From contig NC_043001.1 of the NCBI RefSeq assembly GCF_006345805.1, positions 130,448,001 through 130,512,000 of the forward strand: 64,000 bases of DNA, written 5' to 3'. Below are positions 24,570-38,159 of the stretch, piece after piece. The translations under genes were made by a program, and so were the position numbers. Under the pieces are notes generated by a model, which was not told the origin of the DNA, did no database searches, and saw nothing but the letters and a program-made list of their open reading frames with translations. Within the stretch, counting starts at the first letter, position 1, and each line of letters begins with the position of its first letter. The stretch comes from Octopus sinensis. Taxonomy: Eukaryota.

Positions 24570-24765
24570 GGCGCAGGAGTGGCTGTGTGGTAAGTAGCTT
24601 GCTAACCAACCACATGGTTTCGGGTTCAGTCCCACTGCATGGCATCTTGGGCAAGTGTCTTCTGCTATAGCCCCGGGCCGACCTGGTGCAGCCTCTGGCT
24701 TTGCCACTCCCCAGTCAAACCGTCCAGCCGATGCCAGCATGGAAAGCGGACATTGAACAATGATG
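24570..24765 (+). mobile_element. Chimeric SINE: family-1 head fused to family-3 tail
   Basis: Switch at about 24682: ...gggccgacc|tggtgcagcc... Confidence 0.8.
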
Positions 24766-24795
<30 letters not shown>

Positions 24796-24797
<2 letters not shown>

Positions 24798-25001
24798 CCA
24801 AACATGAAAACACAAAGAGAAAACACAACAACGCGAGGACGTGGAACAAATATAGTATTATTGGACGCTCAGGAAGGAAGGGAAGAAGGAGGGTTTAACG
24901 TTACGAGCGGAGCTCTTCGTCGGAAACATAGGAGAAGGAAAGATCCAGAGAAGGGAAGACAGAGGAAAAAAAAATCGCCAACAGTACACACGTGGTCACA
25001 T
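24796..25001 (-). mobile_element. Hammerhead-bearing element, family A, copy 2
   Basis: Minus strand gttt-CCGACGA-A-GAGC-tcc-GCTC-GTAAC-GTT-aaac at 24893-24927. Confidence 0.75.
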
Positions 25002-25090
25002 CAGGTGCAGGGGTGGCTGTGTGATAAGTAGCTTGCTTACCAACCACATGGTTGTGGGTTCAGACCCACTGCATGACACCTTAGGTATTG

Positions 25091-25474
25091 ATATAAAAGT
25101 TGGTTTAAAGCTCTCTTCAGCCACAAACATTGTTATTCCAAAGATTACATCACAATATAAAAGGTATAATAAGTACATGTAGTATTACCCATGTACATGT
25201 ACTACATGTACTTTTTATATCTTTTATATTGTGATGTAATCTTTGGAATAACAATGCTTGCGGCTGAAAAGAGCTTTAAACCATCTTTTATATAAAAAAA
25301 TACACTGATGTAATAACGGATTGTTGATAAAGCTTGAAACACGTGTACTGCGATATCATTTGTGTTCTGTTTTTAATTCATATTTGATATATACTCTCAA
25401 ACCTCTGCCACTATCAGGCATATACAGGTGCTTACACTTATCAAGTATTCACTCTAAATTTACAGTACCTACTT
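25091..25474 (+). mobile_element. Fold-back hairpin (25091-25293) followed by hammerhead-like core (25301-25352); Penelope-like terminal structure
   Basis: About 95-bp imperfect inverted arms, then taca-CTGATGT...GAAAC-ACGT-GTA-ctgcg; ends in (TA)n. Confidence 0.6.
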
Positions 25475-25492
25475 GATATATATATATATATA

Positions 25493-25802
25493 TAGCACCA
25501 TCCGAGCGTGGCCGTTCACCAGCCTCGTCTGGCACCTGTGTCGGTGGCACGTAAAAAGCACCATCCAAGCGTGGCCGTTCGCCAGCCTCGTCTGGCATCT
25601 GTGTCGGTGGCACATAAAAAGCACCCACTACACTCACGGAGTGGTTGGTGTTAGGAAGGGCATCCAGCTGTAGAAACACCGCCAGATATGACTGGCCTGG
25701 TGCAGCCTTCAGGCTTCCCAGACCCCAGTTGAACCGTCCAACCCATGCTAGCATGGAAAGCAGACGTTAAACGATGATGATGATGATGATGATGATGATG
25801 AT
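25493..25802 (+). mobile_element. SINE family 3 with two ~63-bp internal units; its 3' part recurs at 26031-26163
   Basis: Core and (GAT)n tail. Confidence 0.87.
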
Positions 25803-25808
25803 ATATAT

Positions 25809-26030
25809 AACTAAAAATAAGGGTGTCTAAGAGACATCACCATGCCGAAATAGCAGTCAAATCCCTGACTCTAAAAACCACATTAAATGTTCATATCGCA
25901 CAGTAGAGTCAGGGATATTTGACTGCTATTTTGGCATGGTGGTTTCTCTCAGACACCCTTATTTTTAGTTGTAAAAAATTATTACTTTGTATGGTATTTT
26001 TTCCCATGCTGGCCACTTGATAATAACGAT
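25809..26030. mobile_element. Fold-back element (hairpin 25809-25970); single-arm relative at 28420-28592
   Basis: aactaaaaataagggtgtct...agacacccttatttttagtt arms; cccatgctggccac shared with the reverse complement of 28460-28475. Confidence 0.7.
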
Positions 26031-26160
26031 TCCAGCTGTAGAAACACTGCCAGATCTGACTGGCCTGGTGCAGCCTTCGGGCTCCCCAGACCCCAGTTGA
26101 ACCGTCCAACCCATGCTAGCATGGAAAGCGAACGTTAAACGATGATGATGATGATGATGA

Positions 26161-26197
<37 letters not shown>

Positions 26198-26199
<2 letters not shown>

Positions 26200-26447
26200 G
26201 GTTGTCAATTCCTTATGCAGAGTCTCACAACCTCTTGAACCTACACCTTAGAACCATCATGGCATCTGATGTGGCTTTTTAAACCAGACAATGTATTGAA
26301 AAGACACCCACATAAATTGCATATCTGATTTGGACCACCAAGAGCTGCAGTTAAGTTCTGATCTTTGTGGATCTTAAAATGTCTTTTGAGACCTCTGTTA
26401 GATTTGCAGAACCTATAGCATTCACAGCACTGAAAGGTGTGCGCAGA
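26198..26447 (-). mobile_element. RTE-clade LINE 3' end encoding two C2H2-like fingers
   Basis: FQCCECYRFCKSNRGLKRHFKIH...ICNLCGCLFNTLSGLKSHIRCHDGSKV*, short 3' UTR then (TA)n; homologous to 40-480; lacks TGEKP linkers. Confidence 0.72.
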
Positions 26448-26838
26448 TATATATAAATACACACAGACATACACACGTGTACGCACGCACCCTCTGCTGA
26501 ATCACATTCCAAACTACATAGATTCTTGATGCACTAAAATAATATTTTATCTCTGCCTCTAGAGTATGTCTTCATAATTACCAACTCTTAACAGAGACCA
26601 GCTGGATGTGAGAATGAGAGATAATCTCAGGAACCAAGAATTCTCCAAAGATGCCGAGCCATAAAGGAAAAGGATGACAGACTTACTGTCTGGAGATAGA
26701 GGAGAATTGTGGACATATTTATATATATATATATATTTATTTATGAATGTGTGTGTATATATACATACATATATACATACAATATATACATATATATATA
26801 TTTACATACACACACAGATACATATAAATTTATATATA

Positions 26839-26871
<33 letters not shown>

Positions 26872-27049
26872 AGATATTTATTTATGAATGTGTGTGTATA
26901 TATACATACATATATACATACAATATATACATATTATATATTTACATACACACACAGATACATATAAATTTATATATATATTATTATATATATATATATT
27001 TATATATCTATATATCTATATAATATATATATATATATATTATATATAC

Positions 27050-27083
<34 letters not shown>

Positions 27084-28346
27084 AGATATATATATATATA
27101 TATATATAATATAATATATATATATATATGTATATTATTTACATACTCACACACATACATATAAATGTGTGAGTCTATGTGTGTGTTCATGTAATGGTAG
27201 TGTTATAGCTGTTTGCTGTTTATATTTTTAATGAGATATTTAATTTCTGTTGCTGTCTATGTTATTAGCTTCTATTTCTTTGTTTCATTGATTAACATGA
27301 GCAGTGAGTTTACAAAGGAGGCTGAAAATTGAAAAACCAAATAATAATAATAATAATAATAATAATATAATAACAATAAAAAAACATAATTACGAAAGAA
27401 AATAAAAAAAACAAACAATATAATTAAATAGAAGACAATCCAATACCCCCCTTCTCCACCATCTACACACAGTCACATCTATGAAATGTCGGGGGTCAAA
27501 AAGGAAAAGTTTCATATCTACACCTGAAGGAGCTTAAGGCTATTTTGTTAGATTTAAAATGGCAATCTAGCATGCTATGGTGTTTATCATAGCATGCCAT
27601 TTCATACCATACCATACCTTGTCATACCATGCTGTGCTCTGCAAGGAAATGCAGTACTGTATTAATTAATGCAGATTTAGATTACTTTTTGTCTTAAGAA
27701 ACATTTTAATGAGCAGCATTACAAAATATTAAGCAGGTTTGATGTTTGATCCTTTATTTGGCAAAGATTTGCAATGGCCAAATGGAATAAATGTTGATAT
27801 TTTGGCTAAAAATTTTGGTGCAGTGGTACTGAGAATCATTTCTACTTTTAATTACCTTACAGTGGAACAAATACTTTCCACTTGTCCATCACACACACAC
27901 ATAAATTTGTAGTGTAAGATATGGAGGTAGAAAATTGTGTAGCTATCACACAAAGCTCCTTTAATGGATTCGGCTAGCAGCCTACATAGAAATTCAACAC
28001 AGAGAAACGTAATGTTAGAATGTCCATGCTGCAGAAAGCCAGAATATCTGATCAATAAAACTATTTCATGAGAGTTAAATAAACCATAAGATGTCAGGAG
28101 GTATGTATTTATCACTTAACGAACTTAGGATTATGGCTGTTTATGTATTGCTACACAAAGAAGGTTTCAAAATGGCTGTAATCCTAAGGATGTCAAGCTG
28201 TTAAATAAATATATTCACTTCTCATACCTACTTATTCTATCAGTCTGTTTAGCCGAACCACTAAGTTTCAGGGACGTAAACACACCAACACTGGTTGTCA
28301 AGAAGTGCTGGGACAAATACAGACAGAAAGAAACAGACACATACAC

Positions 28347-28390
<44 letters not shown>

Positions 28391-28599
28391 GAAATAAATA
28401 CATATATATAAATTTAGATAAATAAGGATAAGTTCGACATTTAAATACTGATCTTATCAGGTGGCCAGCATGGGAATAAAAACCTTTCAGCGGTACTAAT
28501 TATTTAAAATTATAATTTAGGGTATCTAAGAGATACCACCACGCTGGAAATAGCAGTCAAAACTTAACTCTAAAACCACATTAAATGTTCATATATATA

Positions 28600-28766
28600 T
28601 ATATACGATGGGTTCCATTCAGTTTCTGTCAACCAAATCAACTCACAAGACTTGGTTAGCTTGAGGCTATAGTAGAAGACACTTGACCAAAGTAATATGC
28701 AGTGGGACTGAACTCAGAACTATGTGGTTGGAATGTAGCTTCTTCCCACACAGCCATGCTTTGCCT

Positions 28767-28798
<32 letters not shown>

Positions 28799-29040
28799 TA
28801 TATATATATATATAATATAATATTGTGTATGTATTATACTCTGTACTCTTTTACTCTTTTACTTGTTCAGTCATTTAACTGCAGCCATTCGGAGCACCAC
28901 CTTTAGTCAAGCAAATTGACTCCAGAACTTATTCTTTGTAAGCCTATCAGTCTCTTTTATCGAACTGACGCTAAGTTACAGGGACGTAAAAACACGTCAA
29001 GCAATGTTGTAAGCAATGTTGGGGGGACAAACACAGTCAA
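28600..29040 (-). mobile_element. SINE family 1 fragments (also 28215-28400)
   Basis: Reverse-complement halves separated by (TA)n. Confidence 0.75.
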
Positions 29041-29453
29041 ATAAATATGTACGCACACATAATATATATGTATATTATATATATATATTATATATTATAT
29101 ATATATATATATAAATAAGATAATAGTATAAAGGGTTGAAAAGCACTAAACGGTTATACTGACTATTTGAATAAAAGAAGTTTTATTTTTCCACGTAGGA
29201 GATAAAAATATCTATTATGTGTCTATGCTGTATGAAAGTAAAAATGCAAACTTATGTTTCACACAACTAATATTTTCCTATAAAAGCTTTACTGTAAAAA
29301 TAGGTAGTCAACTTAATAGTTAGAACATCAAACTAACTGGGATTAGTAATTTACAGTCCTGATATTGTATGCCCTCATCAGAGGATTCACCAGCAATATA
29401 TATGCTTTTTCAGGTTACACACAGTGTCAGTTTATATATCCATAAGACAATTA

Positions 29454-29875
29454 GGCGCAGAGGTAGGAGTGGCTGTGTGGTAAGTAGGCTTGCTAACCAA
29501 ACCACATGGTTTCTGGTTCAGTCTCACTGCGTGGCATTTGGGCAAGTGTCTTCTGCTATAGCCCAGGCCGACCAATGCCTTGTGAGTGGATTTGGTAGAC
29601 GGAAACTGAAAGAAGCCTGTTCGTATATATAATGTATATGTGTGTGTGTGTGCGTGTTTTGTGTCTGTGTTGTCTCCCTAGCATTGTACAAACCGATGGG
29701 TGGTTGTGTTTACATTCCCCTCACTTAGCGGTTCGGCAAAGAGACCGACAGAATAAGTACTGGCTTACAAAGACTAAGTCCCGGGGGTCGATTTGCTCGA
29801 CTAAAGGCCGTGCTCCAGCATGGCCGCAGTCAATGACTGACTGAAACAAGTAAAAGAGTAAAAGAGTAAAAGAGA
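29454..29875 (+). mobile_element. SINE family 1 (many small indels)
   Basis: Full-length homology. Confidence 0.87.
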
Positions 29876-30504
29876 ATATAAATCTAGAGCTCATAAGCCA
29901 CAGTTTGAGACAGTGAAAAGAGTAACAAGCTGATTTAATAAGATTCACACTACCAATCTACTGACTAAAATCCAGAAGCTAGAGAAACCGGTAATGGTTT
30001 AACAATAATTATTTTCCAGAGGAGTGTTCTGAGAAGTGGTGAGTTTAGTTCAACTGTCAGGAGCAGTGAGTTTGCTAATAATATTTTGGGCTATTTTCTT
30101 TCTTTTAATCTGAGAATGAAGAGGAGAAAGAGAGCAAGAGAAAGTGAGAGAGAGAGAGAGAGGGGAGATAGGGAGAGAGAGACAGAGAGAGAATGTAGTG
30201 CTCTTGCTTGAGTTTTCAGACAGATATTACAAATAAATAAATAATAAAAATATCAGGTGAAAAACACCATTTTCTCACTCCTTGTTAATTATCTATGGCT
30301 TTTCAAGTAATATAAATATTTACAATACTAAATTATCATTTACATTAAAATTGTAACCTTTTATTAATCTACATATATTATGTGGATATATGTAACATTC
30401 TCAACCTTCTCATCATCATCATCATCTTCATTTTCATCATTTTAATGTCTATTTTACCATGCTTGGGTAAACAGATAGTAGTTTTTTTTTTTTTTTTTTT
30501 TTTA

Positions 30505-30647
30505 AGGCGGCGAGCTGCCTTTCATCCTTTCGGGGTCGATAAATTAAAGTACCAGTTACGCACTGGGGTCGATGTAATCGACTTAATACCTATGTCTGTC
30601 CTTGTTTGTCCCCTCTATGTTTAGCCCCTTGTGGGTAATAAAGAAAT
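30505..30647 (+). mobile_element. SINE family 2, internally deleted, with target-site duplication
   Basis: ggcggcgagct joined to gcctttcatcc; agatagtag(t)n on both sides. Confidence 0.85.
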
Positions 30648-31058
30648 AGATAGTAGTTTTTTTTTTGTTTGTTTGTTTTTCATGGCTGGATGCCTTTCCT
30701 GTTATCAACAACACTAATTTCAAAGGGAAGTAATATTACCCCAGTCCTTCAAACAACAAACAGCCTGAGAATATTTTATACAGAGAACTAGAAACTAACA
30801 ACACCTTTTCCAGTACAAAGATTGGTGATAGGAAGTGCATCAAGCTAGAAAAACAATCCCAGAGTTGACACTGCGAATTGACGCAGCCCTGAGGCTCACC
30901 AGTTTCTGTCAAACCGTTCAATATATGCCAGCATGGAAAAAAGACATTAAATGATAATGATGACGATGATGATGATGATGATGATGAGCAACATGTCAAG
31001 ACATGTTTTTGTGGTAGACTGCAAGCAACCAACACAGTCAAGAAGCTAATGTTTAGAG

Positions 31059-31272
31059 CAGTGCTTTTCACTTTTTGCTGGAGTGGAACCCCAAGGAAAC
31101 ATTCCACTGGCTCGGGGAACCCCGTGCAATAATTTAATAGTCTTATGCACACATATCTGCACAGGAGAATTAAAAATTACTTGCCGATTTAGCAGTTTTG
31201 TACTTCTGCGGAACCCCTGGACTGTACTGGTGGAACCCTAAGGTTCCGCAGAACCCTGGTTGAAAACCACTG
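31059..31272. mobile_element. hAT (Charlie-like) MITE
   Basis: cagtgcttttca...tgaaaaccactg termini, repeated ggaaccc subterminal motifs, near 8-bp TSD gtttagag/gttagag. Confidence 0.78.
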
Positions 31273-31341
31273 GTTAGAGAATGTTAAAAGCAAGAGAAAT
31301 ACAATCTCATTCACACCCACATGAGCATGCATACATTTAAG

Positions 31342-31383
<42 letters not shown>

Positions 31384-31424
31384 TATGATATATATATAAA
31401 AACACACACACCACACACATATAT

Positions 31425-31631
31425 ATATTCTCTTACTTGTTTCGGTCATTTGACTGCAGCCATGTTGGAACACCACCTTTAGTCAAGGAGTTATTCATTG
31501 TAAGCTATTCTATTGGTCTATTTTCCCAAAAACGCAAAGTTGCGGAGATGTAAACACACCAACATCAGTTGTCAAGCAATGACAGGGTGACAAACACAGA
31601 CACACAAATACATACATACATACATACATAC

Positions 31632-31669
<38 letters not shown>

Positions 31670-31840
31670 CATATATATATATGTGATGGGCTTCTTTCAG
31701 TTTCTGTCATGAAATCCACTCACAAGGCTTTAGTTGGCCGAGGCTATAGCAGAAGACACTTACCCAAGGTGGTATGCAGTGGGACTCAACCTGGAACCAT
31801 GTGGTTGTGAAGCAAGCTTCTAATCATACAGCCACTCCTA
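31425..31840 (-). mobile_element. SINE family 1
   Basis: Reverse-complement full-length homology. Confidence 0.85.
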
Positions 31841-31900
31841 TATAGATATATATATCTATGCGCCTTGTTATTCAGTACCTTGATTTTATTGGATTCTGAA

Positions 31901-31940
<40 letters not shown>

Positions 31941-31943
<3 letters not shown>

Positions 31944-32152
31944 TAATCCAAACATGAAAAACACAAAGAGAAAACCCAACAATGCGAGGACGTGGAACAA
32001 ATATAGTATTATGGATGCTCAGGAAAGAAGGAAAGAAAGAGGGTTTAACCTTTTGAGCAGAGCTATTCGTCAGAAACATAGGAGAAGGAAAGATCCAGAG
32101 AAGGGAAGACAGAGAAAAAAAAAAATCGCCAATGGTACACACGTAGTCACAT
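31941..32152 (-). mobile_element. Hammerhead-bearing element, family A, copy 3
   Basis: Minus strand gttt-CTGACGA-A-TAGC-tct-GCTC-AAAAG-GTT-aaac at 32043-32077; (TA)n both sides. Confidence 0.72.
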
Positions 32153-33064
32153 TTTGATATATATATATATGTGGGTGCAGGAGTGGCTGTACGGTTCTGG
32201 GTTCAGTCCCACAGCATGGCACCTTAGAAAAGTGTCTACACTATTCTCAAGTTATGGCTTATTTGGTGGTGGTGGTGGTGGTGGCAGTGGGGGTGAGAAT
32301 GGTAGAAGACACTCACACAAAATGCAACTGGAAATAAAGTGGTGCTAATTAAAAAATTCTCAACACATGTTCATACTAACTGCAGTGGTTCAAATCACCA
32401 GGATGCTCAGTAATGTCCATCTTAATGCTATATTTTTATCTTTTGTCTTTGTTTTTTTTAAATAAACCAAGTATGCTTAGACAAAACGTCTAACACATAA
32501 TTTCTAAAGAGTTGTTTGGTATATTGTGTATAATAGCTTTTAAATATAATTTCTTCAAGCCTTATAAAGGTTTCATATTTACTTGTAGCCGCTTTCTACT
32601 ATAGAAACTTGAGATATTCTCAGCAGAAAAATAACATATCTTGAAGCAATAAGATAAGCCACTGAACTCAAGACAAAGAGTTAATCTCAAGAGGCGTAAG
32701 AACAAATACCACCTCCAAAATTTTCAGAATGGTTGCCTATAATCTAAGAACCAATCAAAGAAATGGTGGAATATCATATGACAAATGTTTATTAAAGATT
32801 TTAAATCCTCTATAGAGTAGCCAATTTTCCTTGAAGACAAACTTCTTGCAAACAAAAAAAAAGAAAATAATAAAAATAAGTAAATGAATATATTAAAAAA
32901 ATTTAAATTAATATTAAAATATATAATAGAATAAACTCAGAATCGTCTGTATGGATGATGTTGAATTTTTTTTTTGTTTTGGAATATAAATACATTTTAC
33001 TATCTTAGCATTGTGAATTTTCTGCTTTCTTTGCAGAAGCCATACACATCTTCTTTTTCTTCTT

Positions 33065-33106
<42 letters not shown>

Positions 33107-33599
33107 TACTGCTGCAGCTTCTGTTACTTTGACTATAGATATATAATTAAAAATTATATGCTACAACCAGGAACAGAAATTATTGCCATCGTGGTCATCC
33201 TCCTCCACCTCCTTATCATCATCATCATCACCATTACTTCCATTTTATGTTTGTCTTTTTTTTTATACCTGCATTGGTTAGATGTGTGTTCTTCAGTACA
33301 GCATCACCCTGCTTATTGCGTCTCCTTATAATTTCTTTGATGATGTTCATCTTCCTGAGATCTACTTTCATCATTTCTCCCCAAGTAATCTTTGTTCTTC
33401 CTTTTCTAGAGATACAACTGACCTGGCTTGCTTAACATGTTTTTTTTTATCCAACTAACATACTCCCAACACATTTTTTATTTTTTTATTTTATTTTATC
33501 TAGTTTCAGCTCACGAGCCGTGGCCATGCTGGGGCATCGCTATTTATATATTTGAACCAATTTAGCCTTCTCCTTTTTTTTCACACTTCATATAATTTT

Positions 33600-33999
33600 T
33601 CTTATTCTTTACTCTTTTACTCTTTTACTTGTTTCAGTCATTTGACTGCGGCCATGCTGGAGCACCGCCTTTAATCGAGCAACTCGACCCCGGGACTTAG
33701 TCTTTAGCAAGCCCAGTACTTATTCTATCGGTCTCTTTTGCCGAACTGCTAGGTAACGGGGACATAAAACACCAGCATCGGTTGTTTAGCGATGTTGGGG
33801 GGACAAACACAGACACGCATATATATACATATATACGACGGGCTTCTTTCAGTTTCCATCTACCAAATCCACTCACAAGGCTTTGGTCAGCCCGAGGCTA
33901 TAGTAGAAGACACTTGCCCAAGCTGCCATGCTGTGGGACTGAACCCAGGACCATGTGGTTGGTAAACAAGCTACTTACCACACAGCCACTCCTGTGCCT
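33600..33999 (-). mobile_element. SINE family 1
   Basis: Reverse-complement full-length homology. Confidence 0.9.
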
Positions 34000-34454
34000 A
34001 TATCCAATTTTTTCTCCCATTCATCTCACTCATTTCTGTTCCACTGTTTTAACACTATGCATCTAAAAACCATGCTTACCTCATTTTTTTTTCTCTAGCC
34101 TTCACACATCCTGAGCATTCAATAATCACACAGTGGTATCATATAGCACAGTACTATATATACATGCATCATACAAACTACTCATCACTGAGAGAGAGAA
34201 AGAAAATCCTTCTCTTTCAAGCTGAGATTAACAGCATCCTGGATATTTTTTCCACCTTTCTTCCTCTGGTTATTGTGCTGTTGAAACAGCCATTTCTTCT
34301 GCTCATTATGTTTACTCTTTCTACTCTTTACAAATACAGAGTTCAAATTCTGTTGAGGTCAATTTTGCCTCTCATCTTTTCAGGGACAATAAAGTAAATA
34401 CCAGTTGAGCATTGGGGCCAAATGTAATTGACCAGCTCCTCTCACAAAAATTTC

Positions 34455-35140
34455 AGGTCTTGTGCCCATAGTCTTGACACAAAAGACTAAGGCCAAGTGC
34501 TCCCATTTCCTTAGTCAATGAAAGAAGAGTGTTCCTTAAGCCACACAGAAACACAACAAGAATAACTACATCATCAGCAAAATTTAGGCCTGTAATCCTA
34601 GTTACATCAATGAGTGTACGACAACTTGACTGAGCAACCATTCTGCAAAGTATCCATTTCGTGTAGATATTGGTTTCAAATTTTGGCACAAGGCTAGCAG
34701 TTTTGGGGGTTGGAATAAGTCGATTACATTGACCCCCAGAGCCAACTAGTTCTTATTTTATCAACCACAAAAGAATGAAAGGCAAAGTCGACCTTGGCAG
34801 AATTTGAATGCAGACTGTAAAGACGGACAAAGCGCTGCTAAGCATTTTAATCAGTGTGCTATCGACTCTACCAGCTCACTGCCTTAGTCCCTACAGATAA
34901 TGAGAGCCAAAACACGACCTTGCTGGACCCCTATTCTAACTGAGAAAAAGTCAGATGCTGAGCCCCCAACTACTCTGGCTGCTCTGCTGTACTAGGCCTT
35001 TCTCAGTCCAATCAGTTGATGAGGTATACCTCACAGCTATAGAATCCTCCAAAGTACATCCCTGTCCACTGAGTCAAATGTCTTGCAAAGTTTGACTTAG
35101 GCTGCAAGCAGTTCTTGCTGTTCAATGAGCCAGAAGCCAG
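34455..35140 (-). pseudogene. Decayed RTE-type LINE reverse transcriptase, interrupted by a family-2 SINE (34668-34885)
   Basis: Minus strand FDSVDRDVLWRIL..GIP, DFFSVRIGVQQGRVLA and ITGLNFADDVVIL motifs with stops. Confidence 0.8.
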
Positions 35141-35354
35141 TTAGCTGTTACTTACAAGCAAGTATGATTTGATTTCATCTACTATGATTTAACTAATTGT
35201 TTCTGATATATAAGTTGTTGTGAACAGATGTATTCATCTCCTCAACCTCTCTTTGACCCAGTGGAACATTGAGGATATGGTAATGAAACATTGAAGACGT
35301 AACAACAGGAGAAGGAAAGGGCTGTACCAGCACTAGATTGGTATGTCTTTTCAG

Positions 35355-35602
35355 GGCGAGCTGGCAGAATACGGCAGCGAGCTGGCAGAATTGTTAGCAC
35401 ACGGGTGAAATGCTTAGCAGTAGTTCGTCTGCCGCTACGTTCTGAGTTCAAATTCCGCCGAGGTCAACTTTGCCTTTCATCCTTTCAGGGTCGATTAAAT
35501 AAGTACCAGTTACGCACTGGGGTCGATGTAATCGACTTAATCCGTTTGTCTGTCCTTGTTTGTTCTCTCTGTGTTTAGCCCCTTGTGGGTAGTAAAGAAA
35601 TA
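35355..35602 (+). mobile_element. SINE family 2 with duplicated head and 15-bp target-site duplication
   Basis: ggtatgtcttttcag at 35340-35354 and 35603-35617. Confidence 0.92.
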
Positions 35603-36618
35603 GGTATGTCTTTTCAGTTGAGTACATAGGAGCAATATGAAATGAAGTACCCTAGTTCAAGAACAGAATGCTCAGCACAGTCCAAGAATTAAACCTACAA
35701 ATTCATGATTATGAACTCAAGAAGACTACAATTTTATTCTGTGTAGGTGACAGTAAAAGGTTTAGATAATTCTGTGTGACGAAAAAACCAAGGCTTTCAA
35801 AAAGAAAATTTATATGTGCAAATTTAGCATCATATCAGCTTTCTGTTCCAGAAGAATTTTCCAAAGAAGAAATTTGATAACATAAAAAATTCTATACTTC
35901 TTTATTTCTCTTGCCCTTATGTATCTGAGTGTGTTTCTCTCTCTCTCTGTGTGTGTGTGTGTGTGTGTTCTTTATTTCATTGCTACTCATTCTCTGTTTC
36001 AAGAATTCTAGATTAAGCATATTAAGACAGTCTATTGAGAAAAAGCAAAGAATTTCCACTATAAATTTTGAACAAAAGTAAACATGACGAAAATGCAATG
36101 TTTTCCAGAGAAAATATTATATCTCATCTCAGACTATTCTTGAATAAATTAAAATTTTAAGCATTGATTTTTATTTTCGTGAATAAAAATTTTTAAATAA
36201 TAATAATAATAATAAAAATAAAAATAGAAAATGAAATGCATTTTCTTCTGGTCCAATCATCTTATCTGAGAATACTAAAATATTTGAAAATATTTTTCAC
36301 AAGATGTTATATTCACAAAATATTTATTCATTTTTACTTTTTTGAAGATGGGTAGGGGGTAGGACAGAGAATTCGTATCCTAGTCATTAGTAAATGCTAC
36401 AAATTTTCCAAGGAAGAGGGTAGGCTTTTGAAATGACTGCACTAAATGATTGGTAGCTATTTAATTGACCCCAGAAGGAGGAACAGTGAAGAGAACCTCA
36501 TCAGATTGAGATCCCTTTTACAAAGAGCTTTAGTAACACACATATGCATATATACATGCGTATACATGTATATGTACACATGTATGTATATGCATTCTCC
36601 ATTTTCATTTTTATAAAT

Positions 36619-36652
<34 letters not shown>

Positions 36653-36659
36653 CATACAC

Positions 36660-36873
36660 ATATTGGCTTCAAATTTTGGCACAAGGCCAGCAATTTCATG
36701 GGAGGGTATAAGTCAATTATATTAATCCCAGCGCTCAACTGATATTTATTTTATCAACCCCAAAAGGATGAAAGGCAAAGTTGACCTCAGTGTAATTTGG
36801 ACTCACATTATAAAGGCGGGTACAATGTTGCAAAGCACTTTGCCTGGCACACTAATGATTCTGCCGGCTCACC
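36660..36873 (-). mobile_element. Degenerate SINE family 2
   Basis: aaaggatgaaaggcaaagttgacctc core. Confidence 0.75.
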
Positions 36874-37032
36874 TCATATATATATATATGCAATACATGA
36901 CAGTATCCATCTACCAAATCCATTCACAGAGCTTTGGTTGGCCCAAGGCTGGAGTAGAACTGAATCTGGAACCAAACTGCTGGGAAGTAAACTTCTTACT
37001 ACTTAGTCATTCCTACACATATCTATCTATCT

Positions 37033-37062
<30 letters not shown>

Positions 37063-37065
<3 letters not shown>

Positions 37066-37480
37066 CGCAGGAGTGGCTGTGTGGTAAGTAACTTGCTAAC
37101 CAACCACATGGTTCTGGGTTCAGTCCCACTGCGTGGCACCTTGGGCAAGTGTCTTCTGCTATAGCCCTGGGCCGACCAATACCTTGTGAGTGAATTTGGT
37201 AGATGGAAACTGAAAGAAGCCTGTCGTATATATGTATATATATATATATGTATGTGTGTATTTATGTATCTGTGTTTGTCCCCCTAGCATTGCTTGACAA
37301 CCGATGCTGGTGTGTTTACGTCCCCGTCACTTAGCGGTTCGGCAAAAGGGACCGATAGAATAAGTATTAGGCTTACAAAGAATAAGTCCCGGGGTCGATT
37401 TGCTCGACTAAAGGCGGTGCTCCAGCATGGCCACAGTCAAATGACTGAAACAAGTAAAAGAGTAAAGAGAGTAAAAGAGA
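37063..37480 (+). mobile_element. SINE family 1
   Basis: Full-length, close to other young copies. Confidence 0.92.
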
Positions 37481-37519
37481 ATTTATGTATATATTTATAT
37501 TTATATATATATATATAAA

Positions 37520-37650
37520 GGAGGCAGCCAGAATGTTGGATAATTCTTTATAGGCGCTTCATTCATTTAACAAAACTCATTTATCTTGAAGAGTTCGGTT
37601 AAACAAATGAAAACACAAATAAAGTATTATCCAAAATTCTGGCTCCCTCC
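37520..37650. repeat. Short inverted-repeat element next to a (TA)n tract
   Basis: ggaggcagccagaatgttggataattcttta / taaagtattatccaaaattctggctccctcc. Confidence 0.75.
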
Positions 37651-37716
37651 CTTTTTTTTAATATACAATATCTGTACACCACTTCAAACACTCTATATAT
37701 ACATAATATATATATA

Positions 37717-37755
<39 letters not shown>

Positions 37756-37756
37756 A

Positions 37757-37794
<38 letters not shown>

Positions 37795-37992
37795 ATTATA
37801 TATATATATATACATACACATATATATATATACACACATATATATACACATATATATATACACATATATATATACACATATATATACACATATACATATA
37901 TACACATATACATATATACACATATATGTACACGTATATATATATGTGTATATATATATATAATATATATATGTATATTATATATATATGTG

Positions 37993-38049
<57 letters not shown>

Positions 38050-38159
38050 TCTTGTCTTTTAGTGGTTTCAGCCCATAGCTGAGGTCATGCTATTGAAATA
38101 TATAGAAATATTATTATTTCTAAATCTTTCTAAAGGAGATTACGGCAGTAGTACTGGGT

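Noticed and set aside
26241-26486. Host C2H2 zinc-finger gene
   Set aside because: No TGEKP linkers, 5' truncated, shares its 3' UTR with a frameshifted second copy; better explained as an RTE LINE terminus
29250-29385. Hammerhead on minus strand (CTGATGAGGG ... GAAACATAAGTT)
   Set aside because: Halves about 110 nt apart, with poor stem II register and no stem I pairing
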